From Candidatus Hydrothermarchaeum profundi (lineage in GTDB: Archaea > Hydrothermarchaeota > Hydrothermarchaeia > Hydrothermarchaeales > Hydrothermarchaeaceae), in contig MTMF02000009.1 in NCBI GenBank assembly GCA_002011125.2, positions 364,006 to 428,005 on the forward strand: DNA of 64,000 nt, in the 5' to 3' direction. The notes beneath the pieces are model-generated. The model had not been told where the DNA came from. It saw only the letters and a list, made by a program, of their open reading frames with translations, and made no database searches. The translations under genes were made by a program, and so were the position numbers. Positions 1-8,770 of the stretch are shown here, piece after piece. Within the stretch, counting starts at the first letter, position 1. Every line of letters begins with the position of its first letter.

Positions 1-226
1 TAAACCAAAAACGTAGTCTTATAAGCACCAACATCAACACGCACAAACTCATCAACCCCATCCCCATCAACATCACCCAACAAGAAATCACCAACAGGAG
101 CAAAATACTCCAAAGAATCCTCCCTCACCAAGCCAACACTACCACCCTCAACAACACCAGGACTATACTGATAAACCAAAAACGTAGTCTTATAAGCACC
201 AACATCAACACGCACAAACTCATCAA
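1..226. repeat. Intragenic direct repeat with a 171-bp (57-codon) period
   Basis: Positions 1-55 are identical to 172-226. The repeat is in frame with the minus-strand CDS and is truncated by the window edge. Confidence 0.9.
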
Positions 227-284
227 AAGAACTTGCATATACAGGAGGCAGGAGTAGTAAAATCAATATTATCGTAGCTTTCAT
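1..284 (-). CDS. Secreted beta-propeller-like (FG-GAP/VCBS-type) repeat protein, partial (runs off the left edge; not in the ORF track)
   Basis: ATG at 284 on the minus strand, open to position 1: MKATIILILLLLPPVYA-SSF-DEFVRVDVGAYKTTFLVYQYSPGVVEGGSVGLVREDSLEYFAPVGDFLLGDVDGDGV-DEFVRVDVGAYKTTFLV. It has a Sec-type signal peptide, a GDVDGDGxDE Ca-binding loop and a 57-aa repeat. Confidence 0.85.
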   Translation of the reverse strand, partial: MKATIILILLLLPPVYASSFDEFVRVDVGAYKTTFLVYQYSPGVVEGGSVGLVREDSLEYFAPVGDFLLGDVDGDGVDEFVRVDVGAYKTTFLV

Positions 285-424
285 ATATGACAAAAACTCC
301 TTCCAGTAGATATATAAATTTTTCAGTTGTTTTTTCTACTTAATTTTTGATAAATACTCTATCTCCACTTTTCCCACGCTCTTGGGAAACAGTAATTATA
401 GTACCGAATATAGTTTTAGCATCC

Positions 425-1402
425 ATGATAGATTGGTTTAAGGAGGCTAAGGAATTCAAAAAGGTAGCCTCAGATAAGCTTTCCCCAACTGAATTCCTTG
501 AGCTGGAGCTGGTGGAAACTCCGGCTGAGTCAATATTACCTGGAAACATAGCTGTGCACGCCACAGAAATCCCAGGCATATATAAAGTTCAAAATTGCTA
601 CCACGGCGATAGCGAGTTGAAATATTTCATGGATGGAGTGCAAAGGACGATACTCTGGCAGTACTATAATTACGATGGATTCCAAATCCCTCTCTTCCTA
701 CACTTCTCTGGGGCAGTTATCATAAAAAGGCTTTCTCCCAGCGATTTTATCCCCTATGACTCTTTATATAAGAGCGCTATACTAGTGCCTTCTTTCATCT
801 ATGAGGAGTTGGACATAGAAGGAATTGAAGACACCGGCGCAGAGAGACCTTGGGATTTAAATGAAATAAAGACAAAGGCACGGATAAAATCTCGCTCATT
901 GCGCCAAGAACTTGAACAAACACTCATGCATAGATTCCTTATGTCTAGCAACGAAGAAATTCTAGTAAAAGATGGAAACATTTTTGGGACAATGAAGTCA
1001 GACGGAGTTATTGGAATAATAAAAACTCATCATACCTTATACCTTCAAAGCTCTTATCCCAGGATACAGCAGATGGTTTGGCATATGCCTGAGTTCTATA
1101 GGAGCATGAACTTTTCTATACAGTTGATCGAGAACAGCGGAGCATTAAGCCATAAAATCAATTCTTTTTATCTCAGAATCAATGAACCCATACATCCAGA
1201 GATGGGCCTCATCAGAGTAGAGTATAACGACTCAACACTTATTCCTGACAAACTATCATCATGGATTATTGCTGAAAGATGGATACGAGCAAACTGTGAG
1301 CGGTGGGATAGACAGATATATCCCATTCAAGTGTGTGAGAACTACCTTAGAACGCAGATCCCTAAATCCTCCCATTTGAAGGTAATGATACGCTCTTTGT
1401 GA
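425..1402 (+). CDS. nurA: NurA-like 5'-3' nuclease (RNase H-like fold)
   Basis: Motifs FMDGVQRT, LVKDGN, GIIKTH and C-terminal YPIQVCE; directly upstream of a HerA ATPase. The ORF track starts at TTG 347, but ATG 425 looks more plausible. Confidence 0.7.
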   Translation: MIDWFKEAKEFKKVASDKLSPTEFLELELVETPAESILPGNIAVHATEIPGIYKVQNCYHGDSELKYFMDGVQRTILWQYYNYDGFQIPLFLHFSGAVIIKRLSPSDFIPYDSLYKSAILVPSFIYEELDIEGIEDTGAERPWDLNEIKTKARIKSRSLRQELEQTLMHRFLMSSNEEILVKDGNIFGTMKSDGVIGIIKTHHTLYLQSSYPRIQQMVWHMPEFYRSMNFSIQLIENSGALSHKINSFYLRINEPIHPEMGLIRVEYNDSTLIPDKLSSWIIAERWIRANCERWDRQIYPIQVCENYLRTQIPKSSHLKVMIRSL

Positions 1403-1409
1403 GGGAGAA

Positions 1410-3017
1410 ATGAAGACAATTGGAGCTGTTGTGGGAACTAAAACAAAACCGAATACACCGAGCGAATTCCATTTTTGGATTCCCAGCTGGGAGGAGAGCA
1501 TCTCTATAGGTTCAATAGTAAAGGCCGAGGATGGAATGAGAAGAGTCTACGGCGTCGTTGTAGAGATGCAAGGATATTCTGATATAGATGACGTACTTCT
1601 TCACCAACTATCCAGAGGCGGCGATCCAGAAGTAAAATCGCCTAACAAAGAACAGTCTGTCGTAGTCTGCACGGCGAGAGTTATAAAACAAGAAAGTGAC
1701 CGCCCTCTAAGAGAAGGATTAGTGAGCTACCCAAGTTACGAAGAGCTGGAGGAGACTCTCACAGTAGAAGGGTGCAATATACCCTTTGGTGTTTTTACGA
1801 ATACCGATGGGACCTCAATACCTGTTAAGGTTGATGAAAATTATCTTCTTGGATATGAAGGAGCTCATGTCAACATTTCTGGAATGTCTGGGCTCGGTAC
1901 TAAAACTTCGACCTTTCTTTTCATTTTAAGTTCAATATTTGCTCATTCGAAAGAAAGAGTTGCCTGTATTCTCTTCAATATTAAAAGCGATGACCTCCTT
2001 TATATCGATGAGGAGTCTCCCTATCTTTCTGAAAGTGATCTAGAAATATATGAGAAATGTGGTATAAAACCTAGTGGTTTCAATGCGAGATTCTTTGCGC
2101 CATCTAACGCCTTATCTCAGGGCGATTCCCTTAGAAGCGACATAGAAATATTTAGGTGGGGATACAGGGAGATCAGAGACTATATACCCTCCCTTTTAAA
2201 AGCCGGTGACCAAGACCAAAGAGAAAAATTGGACACTGCTTTCTATGATTTAATGCGGATGGCTCAGCAGAGGAATATTGTATCTTTTTCACAGCTGTTA
2301 GAATTCATGGAAAGAGAACTTCTACCTCCCAATAAGGGCGGCTCTGAGCTAATTCATGGTAGCTATAAAGCTACTTGGGGAAAGCTCTATAATCAAATTA
2401 AGGGTCTTAATTCGAAGTACGGAGGGCTTATAACAGAGTATGAAGACGATGTCGTAGAACTACCATACCAAGAACTTAAAGACAGGCAGGTATGGGTAAT
2501 AGACATACAGCAATTGGGTTTCTACGCTAGAAAGCTTGTTTTTGAGAAGGTGATCTCAGAATTTGAGAGAAGGCTGGAATCTAAAGAACTCAAGATTAAT
2601 AAAATTATACTCTTCATGGATGAACTGAATAAGTATGCTCCATCCCATAACTCAATAGAGGTCGCTTCTCTCAAAGCCAAATTAATAGACATCAGCGCTA
2701 GGGGAAGAAGTATAGGTTTCTCTCTTTTTGGGGCCGAGCAGTTCAAATCTAAAGTGGATCAGAATATTATTGGCAATGTTTCAACAGATGTTTATGGAAA
2801 AACTAAAGAATCTGAGCTTATGGACCCTCTCTATAAGATTTTTTCTGATGAGATAAAAGATAAGATAAGGAGATTCTCCAAAGGAGATAAACTTGTAGAA
2901 CACGAGTTATTTGACGCTCCAATCTTTGTTAAAATGCCTAGACCTCCATGCATGCTTGGCTCTGACAAAATCCGCCTTACACATAGCTCCTCTCTACTGA
3001 AGGCTGTCCCCTACTAA
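1410..3017 (+). CDS. herA: HerA/FtsK-superfamily ATPase (HAS barrel + ATPase)
   Basis: N-terminal HAS-barrel-like region (IGAVVG...VYGVV), Walker A variant SGMSGLGTKTS, Walker B ILFMDE and arginine finger RGRS. Confidence 0.8.
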   Translation: MKTIGAVVGTKTKPNTPSEFHFWIPSWEESISIGSIVKAEDGMRRVYGVVVEMQGYSDIDDVLLHQLSRGGDPEVKSPNKEQSVVVCTARVIKQESDRPLREGLVSYPSYEELEETLTVEGCNIPFGVFTNTDGTSIPVKVDENYLLGYEGAHVNISGMSGLGTKTSTFLFILSSIFAHSKERVACILFNIKSDDLLYIDEESPYLSESDLEIYEKCGIKPSGFNARFFAPSNALSQGDSLRSDIEIFRWGYREIRDYIPSLLKAGDQDQREKLDTAFYDLMRMAQQRNIVSFSQLLEFMERELLPPNKGGSELIHGSYKATWGKLYNQIKGLNSKYGGLITEYEDDVVELPYQELKDRQVWVIDIQQLGFYARKLVFEKVISEFERRLESKELKINKIILFMDELNKYAPSHNSIEVASLKAKLIDISARGRSIGFSLFGAEQFKSKVDQNIIGNVSTDVYGKTKESELMDPLYKIFSDEIKDKIRRFSKGDKLVEHELFDAPIFVKMPRPPCMLGSDKIRLTHSSSLLKAVPY

Positions 3018-3711
3018 TTAGCCCTTCAATATCCATAGGGAGATTTAAAAACCGAGAAAGCTTCTCCAGTAAAGCCTTAGCTGCTAGCGGATCAGGGTAA
3101 AGTGGATCCTCAGTAATCGCTTCAGTCTCACCAAAAAGTCCTATACACTTTATCCCCTTCTTTTGCCCCTCACCTATAATTAATCCGGAAAATCCAAGAA
3201 ATGGTCCTGGCTCTTTTTTTTCTATACCTAACTTTTCCATCTTTTTGCTTTTAATCAATTCAGGATCATTAGTGCAGTATGAAACCCTTCTCTTTTCTGT
3301 TAATGGTCTTGGCTCAACAGGTACATATCCCCCTAGCGAGATTATCTCAGCTACTCCAATGTCTACTAAAAGTTCTACCGACTTCCGCGCCACAATATAT
3401 TGGCCGAAGATATCCGCATGATAACCCTTCACTATCACATAGTTATCTTTATGGTAGAATTCTACTCGAGGAAGCTCAGCAAGGTCCTTTTCTACCATAA
3501 CTCCTCCCTCACCAATAGTACCGGCATACGGTATTCCATAATATGCTACCGGGAAGTTTGAAGAATAAAGTTCTGCGATTTTTTCTGGTTTTAACTCTTT
3601 TATTAAGTGGTTTATTGCGAGTAAACCTGAGGAACGTAATCCTGCTGAGCCAGCTATGGCAGTTCCGTTACTTACCCGCAACTTCTTTAAAAATTTAATG
3701 TTTAGTTCCAT
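2977..3711 (-). CDS. PAC2 family proteasome assembly chaperone-like protein
   Basis: GxxGxxxxGxLAINHLI...ELYSSNFP, ISLGG, GLFGET and PDPLAAKALL motifs; penultimate Tyr (RSYV). Confidence 0.8.
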   Translation of the reverse strand: MELNIKFLKKLRVSNGTAIAGSAGLRSSGLLAINHLIKELKPEKIAELYSSNFPVAYYGIPYAGTIGEGGVMVEKDLAELPRVEFYHKDNYVIVKGYHADIFGQYIVARKSVELLVDIGVAEIISLGGYVPVEPRPLTEKRRVSYCTNDPELIKSKKMEKLGIEKKEPGPFLGFSGLIIGEGQKKGIKCIGLFGETEAITEDPLYPDPLAAKALLEKLSRFLNLPMDIEGLISRGQPSVERSYV

Positions 3712-3793
3712 CGCTTTAAAACCATTCTTTTTTAACTCTAGGTTTTATAAAATAAGCCTTTATTAATTTTCCTTAAGCTGAAATTTACATATA

Positions 3794-4222
3794 TTACCTG
3801 GTCAAAAAAAAGCCTGCTATCACCGCCAGTAAGATGCCTACCGCGTTAACTGCCTTTATTTCTTCTTTTAGAACTGCAATAGATAACAACGCTCCCACCG
3901 CAGGATATAGTGCCGTAAGAGGTATCACTATACTGCCCGGATACTTCCTAAGGGCTAAAATAAAGAGTAAGCTTGCAGAAACTCCGAATACAGTGCCTAT
4001 TGCAAGAAATCCTGTTGCAGAATTAACTGGAAATCCTACTCCCCTATTGATTAGATAAGCTATCACAACGATGTTTATGAAGGTATAAACAGTACTAGTA
4101 ACTAGCACTGCTTTACTGAATCCTATTTTCATCACACCGTACTTGTAGAGGAACCCCCATAGCCCCCAAAAAAAGATCACCACTAAGCTGATTAACTGCA
4201 TACTATCTTTCAAATCATCCAC
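3794..4222 (-). CDS. EamA/DMT family small transporter
   Basis: About five TM helices; WGLWGFLYK and SIVIPLTALYP...LKE motifs. Confidence 0.85.
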   Translation of the reverse strand: MDDLKDSMQLISLVVIFFWGLWGFLYKYGVMKIGFSKAVLVTSTVYTFINIVVIAYLINRGVGFPVNSATGFLAIGTVFGVSASLLFILALRKYPGSIVIPLTALYPAVGALLSIAVLKEEIKAVNAVGILLAVIAGFFLTR

Positions 4223-5531
4223 CTTCCATCGCTTTCAAGATTTTTTCTACTTTTTTAATGACAACCGCAGGATTTTCACCTAAGAGCCTTATCATCGGCT
4301 CCTTCCCAACAGCTCCAAGATCATAGATTACATCTGGAACAGCCCCACACTTTTCTATAGCCTTAGCAGTTCCCCATTCCATCGTACTTTTTCCTTCAGG
4401 CTCCTCCCTCCTAGAAAAATCTGAAACTGTAAAGCCTATATTCCTAGAGGCTTCTAAAATTTCCCTTGAATACCTGAGATTTATAGCTGACCTAATCCTA
4501 CCATCGTATTTATTGGCAGTGAGGACTATTTTAGCTACATGTTTAGATGCCCCCATAGTAACCTGGCCAACGGCTTTAACTTTTACTCCGCTTTTTACGA
4601 TCCTCCCCTCAACAGCTGCTATGTCCTCTATACCTTCAGGATTTGAAACCGCATATGCGATATTCGTTCCAACCTCTGGAACTAGCATATGAAATCCTTT
4701 TATCTCAAGTAGCATATCAACCGCTTTTTGTAACTCCAATATTACTGTGCATTTCTCTGAATTCCGTAATAACCTACCAACCGGATTAACTACTCTAAGA
4801 CCTTTACCTGGAGTATAAGATAGTTTCATAGCACTTGTTATAAATTCCTTTGCGCTCTTAACCGCATTAATAAGGTCCTTGCCTTTAGCTAGTTCAGCAG
4901 TAATAGCCGAGGCGAACGTGCACCCAGAACCATGAGTTGAAAAATCAAACTTCTTATCCTTAAATTCATAGAATCTACCCTCATGGTATAAGATATCAGT
5001 TGCATTCATGTGCCCCCCTTTTACAACAACGCTTGTCCCTAACTGTGATATGATTTCACAAGCTTTTTTCATGTCATCTATGCTACTTATCTTAGTGCCG
5101 CTTAGGACTTCTGCTTCAGGTATATTTGGAGTAACCAGTTTCGATTTTGTTATGAGCATTTCTTTTAAGGTTGAAATAGCATCCTCGGCCAATAACCTGC
5201 CCCCAGATTCAGCAACCATAACAGGATCAACGACCAGAGGATAGTCGCCTATGTTTCTAGCAACGGTAGTTATTATATCCTTATTACTGAGCATTCCGGT
5301 CTTAGCTGCCTTTATATCAAAATCATTATGCAATGCATCTAACTGCGCTTTAATGAACCTCGGAGTAATATCAAAAACACCTTCTACTGCTCGTGTGTTT
5401 TGAGCTGTCAGTGAAGTAATAACCGAAACACCGTGGACTCCTAAAGCGGCGAACGTCTTCAAATCAGCCTGCACTCCAGCTCCGCCTCCTGAATCTGAGC
5501 CTGCTATAGTCAATACGGTCTTCAATGCCAC
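4215..5531 (-). CDS. thiD: Bifunctional HMP/HMP-P kinase / thiamine-phosphate synthase ThiDN
   Basis: [25 protein letters not shown] and HGSGCT motifs; C-terminal ThiN domain (PEVGTN, GASKH, GKEPM); SD GAGGTG before the GTG start. Confidence 0.95.
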   Translation of the reverse strand: MALKTVLTIAGSDSGGGAGVQADLKTFAALGVHGVSVITSLTAQNTRAVEGVFDITPRFIKAQLDALHNDFDIKAAKTGMLSNKDIITTVARNIGDYPLVVDPVMVAESGGRLLAEDAISTLKEMLITKSKLVTPNIPEAEVLSGTKISSIDDMKKACEIISQLGTSVVVKGGHMNATDILYHEGRFYEFKDKKFDFSTHGSGCTFASAITAELAKGKDLINAVKSAKEFITSAMKLSYTPGKGLRVVNPVGRLLRNSEKCTVILELQKAVDMLLEIKGFHMLVPEVGTNIAYAVSNPEGIEDIAAVEGRIVKSGVKVKAVGQVTMGASKHVAKIVLTANKYDGRIRSAINLRYSREILEASRNIGFTVSDFSRREEPEGKSTMEWGTAKAIEKCGAVPDVIYDLGAVGKEPMIRLLGENPAVVIKKVEKILKAMEGG

Positions 5532-5579
5532 TTCACCTCGATGAAAAAAATATCTTAATAGGTAGCAGACCGAAAAAAA

Positions 5580-7523
5580 TCATTTAATCTCCTTTCTCCT
5601 CCTCTCCCTGTACTCGCTTATAAAGGTTTCCAGCCACTCTTCTTTCCTCGCCGCTTCCCTTAGCTCAATCAAATCTTTTTCTCTTGCTATTTCCTCTTCA
5701 AGCAATTTTCTCTCAGTAATACCAAAACCATTAATCAACTTTATATCAAGTTTTGCTGGATCGAGCACAGGGATAGTCCTTAAGACCTCTTTTGCGAAGT
5801 GGGACATCCTGCCCTTGTCTGTGATAAGACACTTAGGCTTGAGTTTTAATAGTTCCTCTGCTGCAGATCTTCCACCACCACTGCTATCTCTGATATAAAG
5901 AATATCGCCCTCCCTGAAATCATTTTTAATGCGTAGTACCTCCTCCCTAGTAAAATGAGGAATAACCTTTATAAGTGCTACATCACTAGAAAACTCTAGA
6001 TTCTGAACTATTCTCAGCTTTTTTTCAAAATCTATTCGTCTTTCACGTTCTTCTCTCAATTTAGCTCTCAAGTCAGCTATCCTCCGTTCCATCAACTTAA
6101 TTTCTTTTTCTCTTCTAAGCTTTCTATACTCCCCCCTCTTAATCTCGGATATTAAATTCTCAAGCTTTTGAAGCTTCTTTTCTTTGACCTCTAGTTTCTT
6201 TAGAAGATTTTCTCTTTCAGACTTAAGGACTTTGATTTCTGCTTTTAAGCTTCTTATAATTCCCTTATACTCATCCGTGGCTCCAATAACAGGCTTCTCG
6301 GCCTCTTCCTCCTCTTCTTCTATTTGTGTGAGTTTTTTAATTGCATTATCCACGCTTTCCCCCTTAATTACAAGCCTCTTTACTTCCTTGGATAATTTTT
6401 GAAGATTCATCTCTTGAAGTTTTTTATCAACGTGCTCAAGTTTATTCTTCCAACTATTGTAAGCCTTAATAGCGGCAGCAAGAGCATCCCTTTCATGAGC
6501 ATTCCTATAGGTATCTTTAGAGAATTTTTCATATACTAGACCAATTTTTTCATCAACACTCATAGAGTAAGGAGGTATGAACAAAACAGTACTCAACGAA
6601 GAGGATATTTTTGAGACAAACTTTGGAGCTGGATTAACATCTGTAGCAATAATTACCGCTGCCTTGTATTTGCTTAGATATGAAACCGCCTCGCTATAGG
6701 AAAAATCTCTCCTGCTAAAAACCTCGGCGAGATCACCGTCTAGAGTTAACACAGCAATACCTGTAGTCGTACCTGGATCAATCCCGACTATTACATCCTT
6801 ATCTTCAGATCCTAGAGGCTCGAAAGAAAGCCTGCCTTTTTCCACCGGCAATATTTTAACCTGCACGTCTGGCCCTTTTCGACTTTTTATCTTGTTTAAC
6901 TTCTCCCTAGGCATGTCAACTATGAATTCCCCCCTAGAATAGCCGTAGTCCGCTTTCACAGTTCTCAGAGAATATTTTACTTTCATCTCATCTAAAATTT
7001 CTTTTATTTGCTTTATATTTAGAGCAACCATAGAATGGACTTTTCTCCTATAACGGTCCTGGCTCTGGCCTCCCTTTCCCATGCTCCTAGCCCGGCTCAC
7101 AATAATTCTGCTCTGATCTTCAAATGCTTTAACCTCATAACCTACATTCATGTGTGCCAACCTTGCACATGCCTCCGCCTCTTCCATGGATGTCGCCCGT
7201 GAAGTAAGAGGTATACCATTCCTTTTAGCCAATACATGCAACGGCTCCATGTTCTCCGGGGTACCGTTTACTTGAATAAGCTGAGTCTTAGATGGCAATA
7301 AGAAAAAAAATCTCTTGATCTTTTCCTTAGGAAAAAGTTCAAAAAGGTTATCGCAGGCAATTCTATCAAGATTAAGAGACCTAAGTGACCTAAGTAAACG
7401 TATTCTAGTAAGCTCTTCTCGAGAGATTACTTTTCCGTCCTCAAGGAGAACCGCTGAGTACCTAGGCTGGCTCTTCGAGTCTGGAGATCCAGATAAAATG
7501 TCAATCCCCAGGATTCTCATCAT
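5580..7523 (-). CDS. DUF460 (COG2433) protein with an RNase H-like domain and coiled coil
   Basis: ILGIDI, GGQSQDRYRR, VGIDPGTTTG and HERDALAAA motifs, followed by a long coiled coil. Confidence 0.85.
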   Translation of the reverse strand: MMRILGIDILSGSPDSKSQPRYSAVLLEDGKVISREELTRIRLLRSLRSLNLDRIACDNLFELFPKEKIKRFFFLLPSKTQLIQVNGTPENMEPLHVLAKRNGIPLTSRATSMEEAEACARLAHMNVGYEVKAFEDQSRIIVSRARSMGKGGQSQDRYRRKVHSMVALNIKQIKEILDEMKVKYSLRTVKADYGYSRGEFIVDMPREKLNKIKSRKGPDVQVKILPVEKGRLSFEPLGSEDKDVIVGIDPGTTTGIAVLTLDGDLAEVFSRRDFSYSEAVSYLSKYKAAVIIATDVNPAPKFVSKISSSLSTVLFIPPYSMSVDEKIGLVYEKFSKDTYRNAHERDALAAAIKAYNSWKNKLEHVDKKLQEMNLQKLSKEVKRLVIKGESVDNAIKKLTQIEEEEEEAEKPVIGATDEYKGIIRSLKAEIKVLKSERENLLKKLEVKEKKLQKLENLISEIKRGEYRKLRREKEIKLMERRIADLRAKLREERERRIDFEKKLRIVQNLEFSSDVALIKVIPHFTREEVLRIKNDFREGDILYIRDSSGGGRSAAEELLKLKPKCLITDKGRMSHFAKEVLRTIPVLDPAKLDIKLINGFGITERKLLEEEIAREKDLIELREAARKEEWLETFISEYRERRRKEIK

Positions 7524-7544
7524 TAATGAAAGAGGAAGATAACG

Positions 7545-8705
7545 TCACCTTACTAAAACTAAGAGTAAGAGAGCCGCCAAACTAGCCATCACTGCCCCAT
7601 AAACAAAAGTTGCCACAGGATTTATATATTCCCACAGCACTCCGGCTATAAAACTTGCTGGTAAAGCTGTAAGCCCGAGAATCGTGTGAAACAGGCCATA
7701 CGCACTTCCTCTAACGTCTACCTCTACCAGATCAGCAACATAGGCCTTCTGCACTCCTTCCATTACTGCTTGAAACATCCCATATAAGCCAAAGAATAGA
7801 GCAATGTAAGTTAATTGCGAGGTTAAAGCAAGACCCATGCACATAAAAGCGAAAATTAAGTACCCGAGTATTATTACAGTCTTCCTCTCTACTCTATCAG
7901 AAAGCTCTCCCATAGGGATAGAAATAGCGGCATATACAATATTGTATAAGAGATAGAAGGCAATAACGGTTCTATCAGACGCTCCGGCAGAATTTGCCTT
8001 CAATACTATGAATGCATAGCTAAAGTTTGCCAAGCCGAAAACAGTCACTGCTATCAGGAAAAGTTTATACTCTTTGCCAAACCGTGACCTTAAGGTTAGT
8101 TTATTCTTTTCTACAGATTTACGTCTTTCTTCGACAAAAAATACGAGGATACACACAGATAAAGCAGCCGGAAGAAATGCTAGGAGAAATATCTGCCTAT
8201 AGCTGAAGTAAGAGACTAAGACTAATGCTAGTATAACGCCTATAATTGCTCCAGAAGTATCCATCGCCCTATGAAATCCAAAAGCTCTTCCATAGTAATC
8301 CTTATCAGTTGAATCCGCAATTAAGGCATCCCTTGGTGAGGTTCTTAACCCTTTACCCACCCTTTCAGCGAATCTAATCATTAAAACCTGCGGCCAAGTT
8401 GTTGCTATAGCAAAAAAGATTTTAGCGATTGCTGACATCGTATAACCGGAAGTAACAAAAACCTTTCTCTTACCGATTTTATCAGAATACCAGCCTGAAT
8501 ACACTTTCATAAGACTTGCAATGCTTTCTGCTATTCCCTCGATTAATCCTATTGCAACCCCTCCAGCTCCGAGCGTGATGTAAAATAGCGGTAGTAAGAT
8601 AAGTATCATCTCAGAACTAACATCTGTGAAAAAGCTGACGATACCCAGCATTAAAACATTCTTACTCAATCTGAGGAACATATCATCCAATAAGCTAAGA
8701 AACAT
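7545..8705 (-). CDS. MFS transporter
   Basis: About 12 TM helices; SDKIGKRK and GKGLRTSPRDALIAD motifs. The start may be the second Met (8681). Confidence 0.9.
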   Translation of the reverse strand: MFLSLLDDMFLRLSKNVLMLGIVSFFTDVSSEMILILLPLFYITLGAGGVAIGLIEGIAESIASLMKVYSGWYSDKIGKRKVFVTSGYTMSAIAKIFFAIATTWPQVLMIRFAERVGKGLRTSPRDALIADSTDKDYYGRAFGFHRAMDTSGAIIGVILALVLVSYFSYRQIFLLAFLPAALSVCILVFFVEERRKSVEKNKLTLRSRFGKEYKLFLIAVTVFGLANFSYAFIVLKANSAGASDRTVIAFYLLYNIVYAAISIPMGELSDRVERKTVIILGYLIFAFMCMGLALTSQLTYIALFFGLYGMFQAVMEGVQKAYVADLVEVDVRGSAYGLFHTILGLTALPASFIAGVLWEYINPVATFVYGAVMASLAALLLLVLVR

Positions 8706-8770
8706 TAAAAATTAACCACATAATAAAAATAGATCTGTCTCTCACTTACCTCCTGAGTCTCCCTATTTTA

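Noticed and set aside
1-226. Direct repeat read as a CRISPR array or a DGR template/variable repeat pair
   Set aside because: The 171-bp period is in frame inside a signal-peptide CDS. The copies are identical, with no adenine-specific mismatches, and there is no cas or reverse transcriptase gene in the window.
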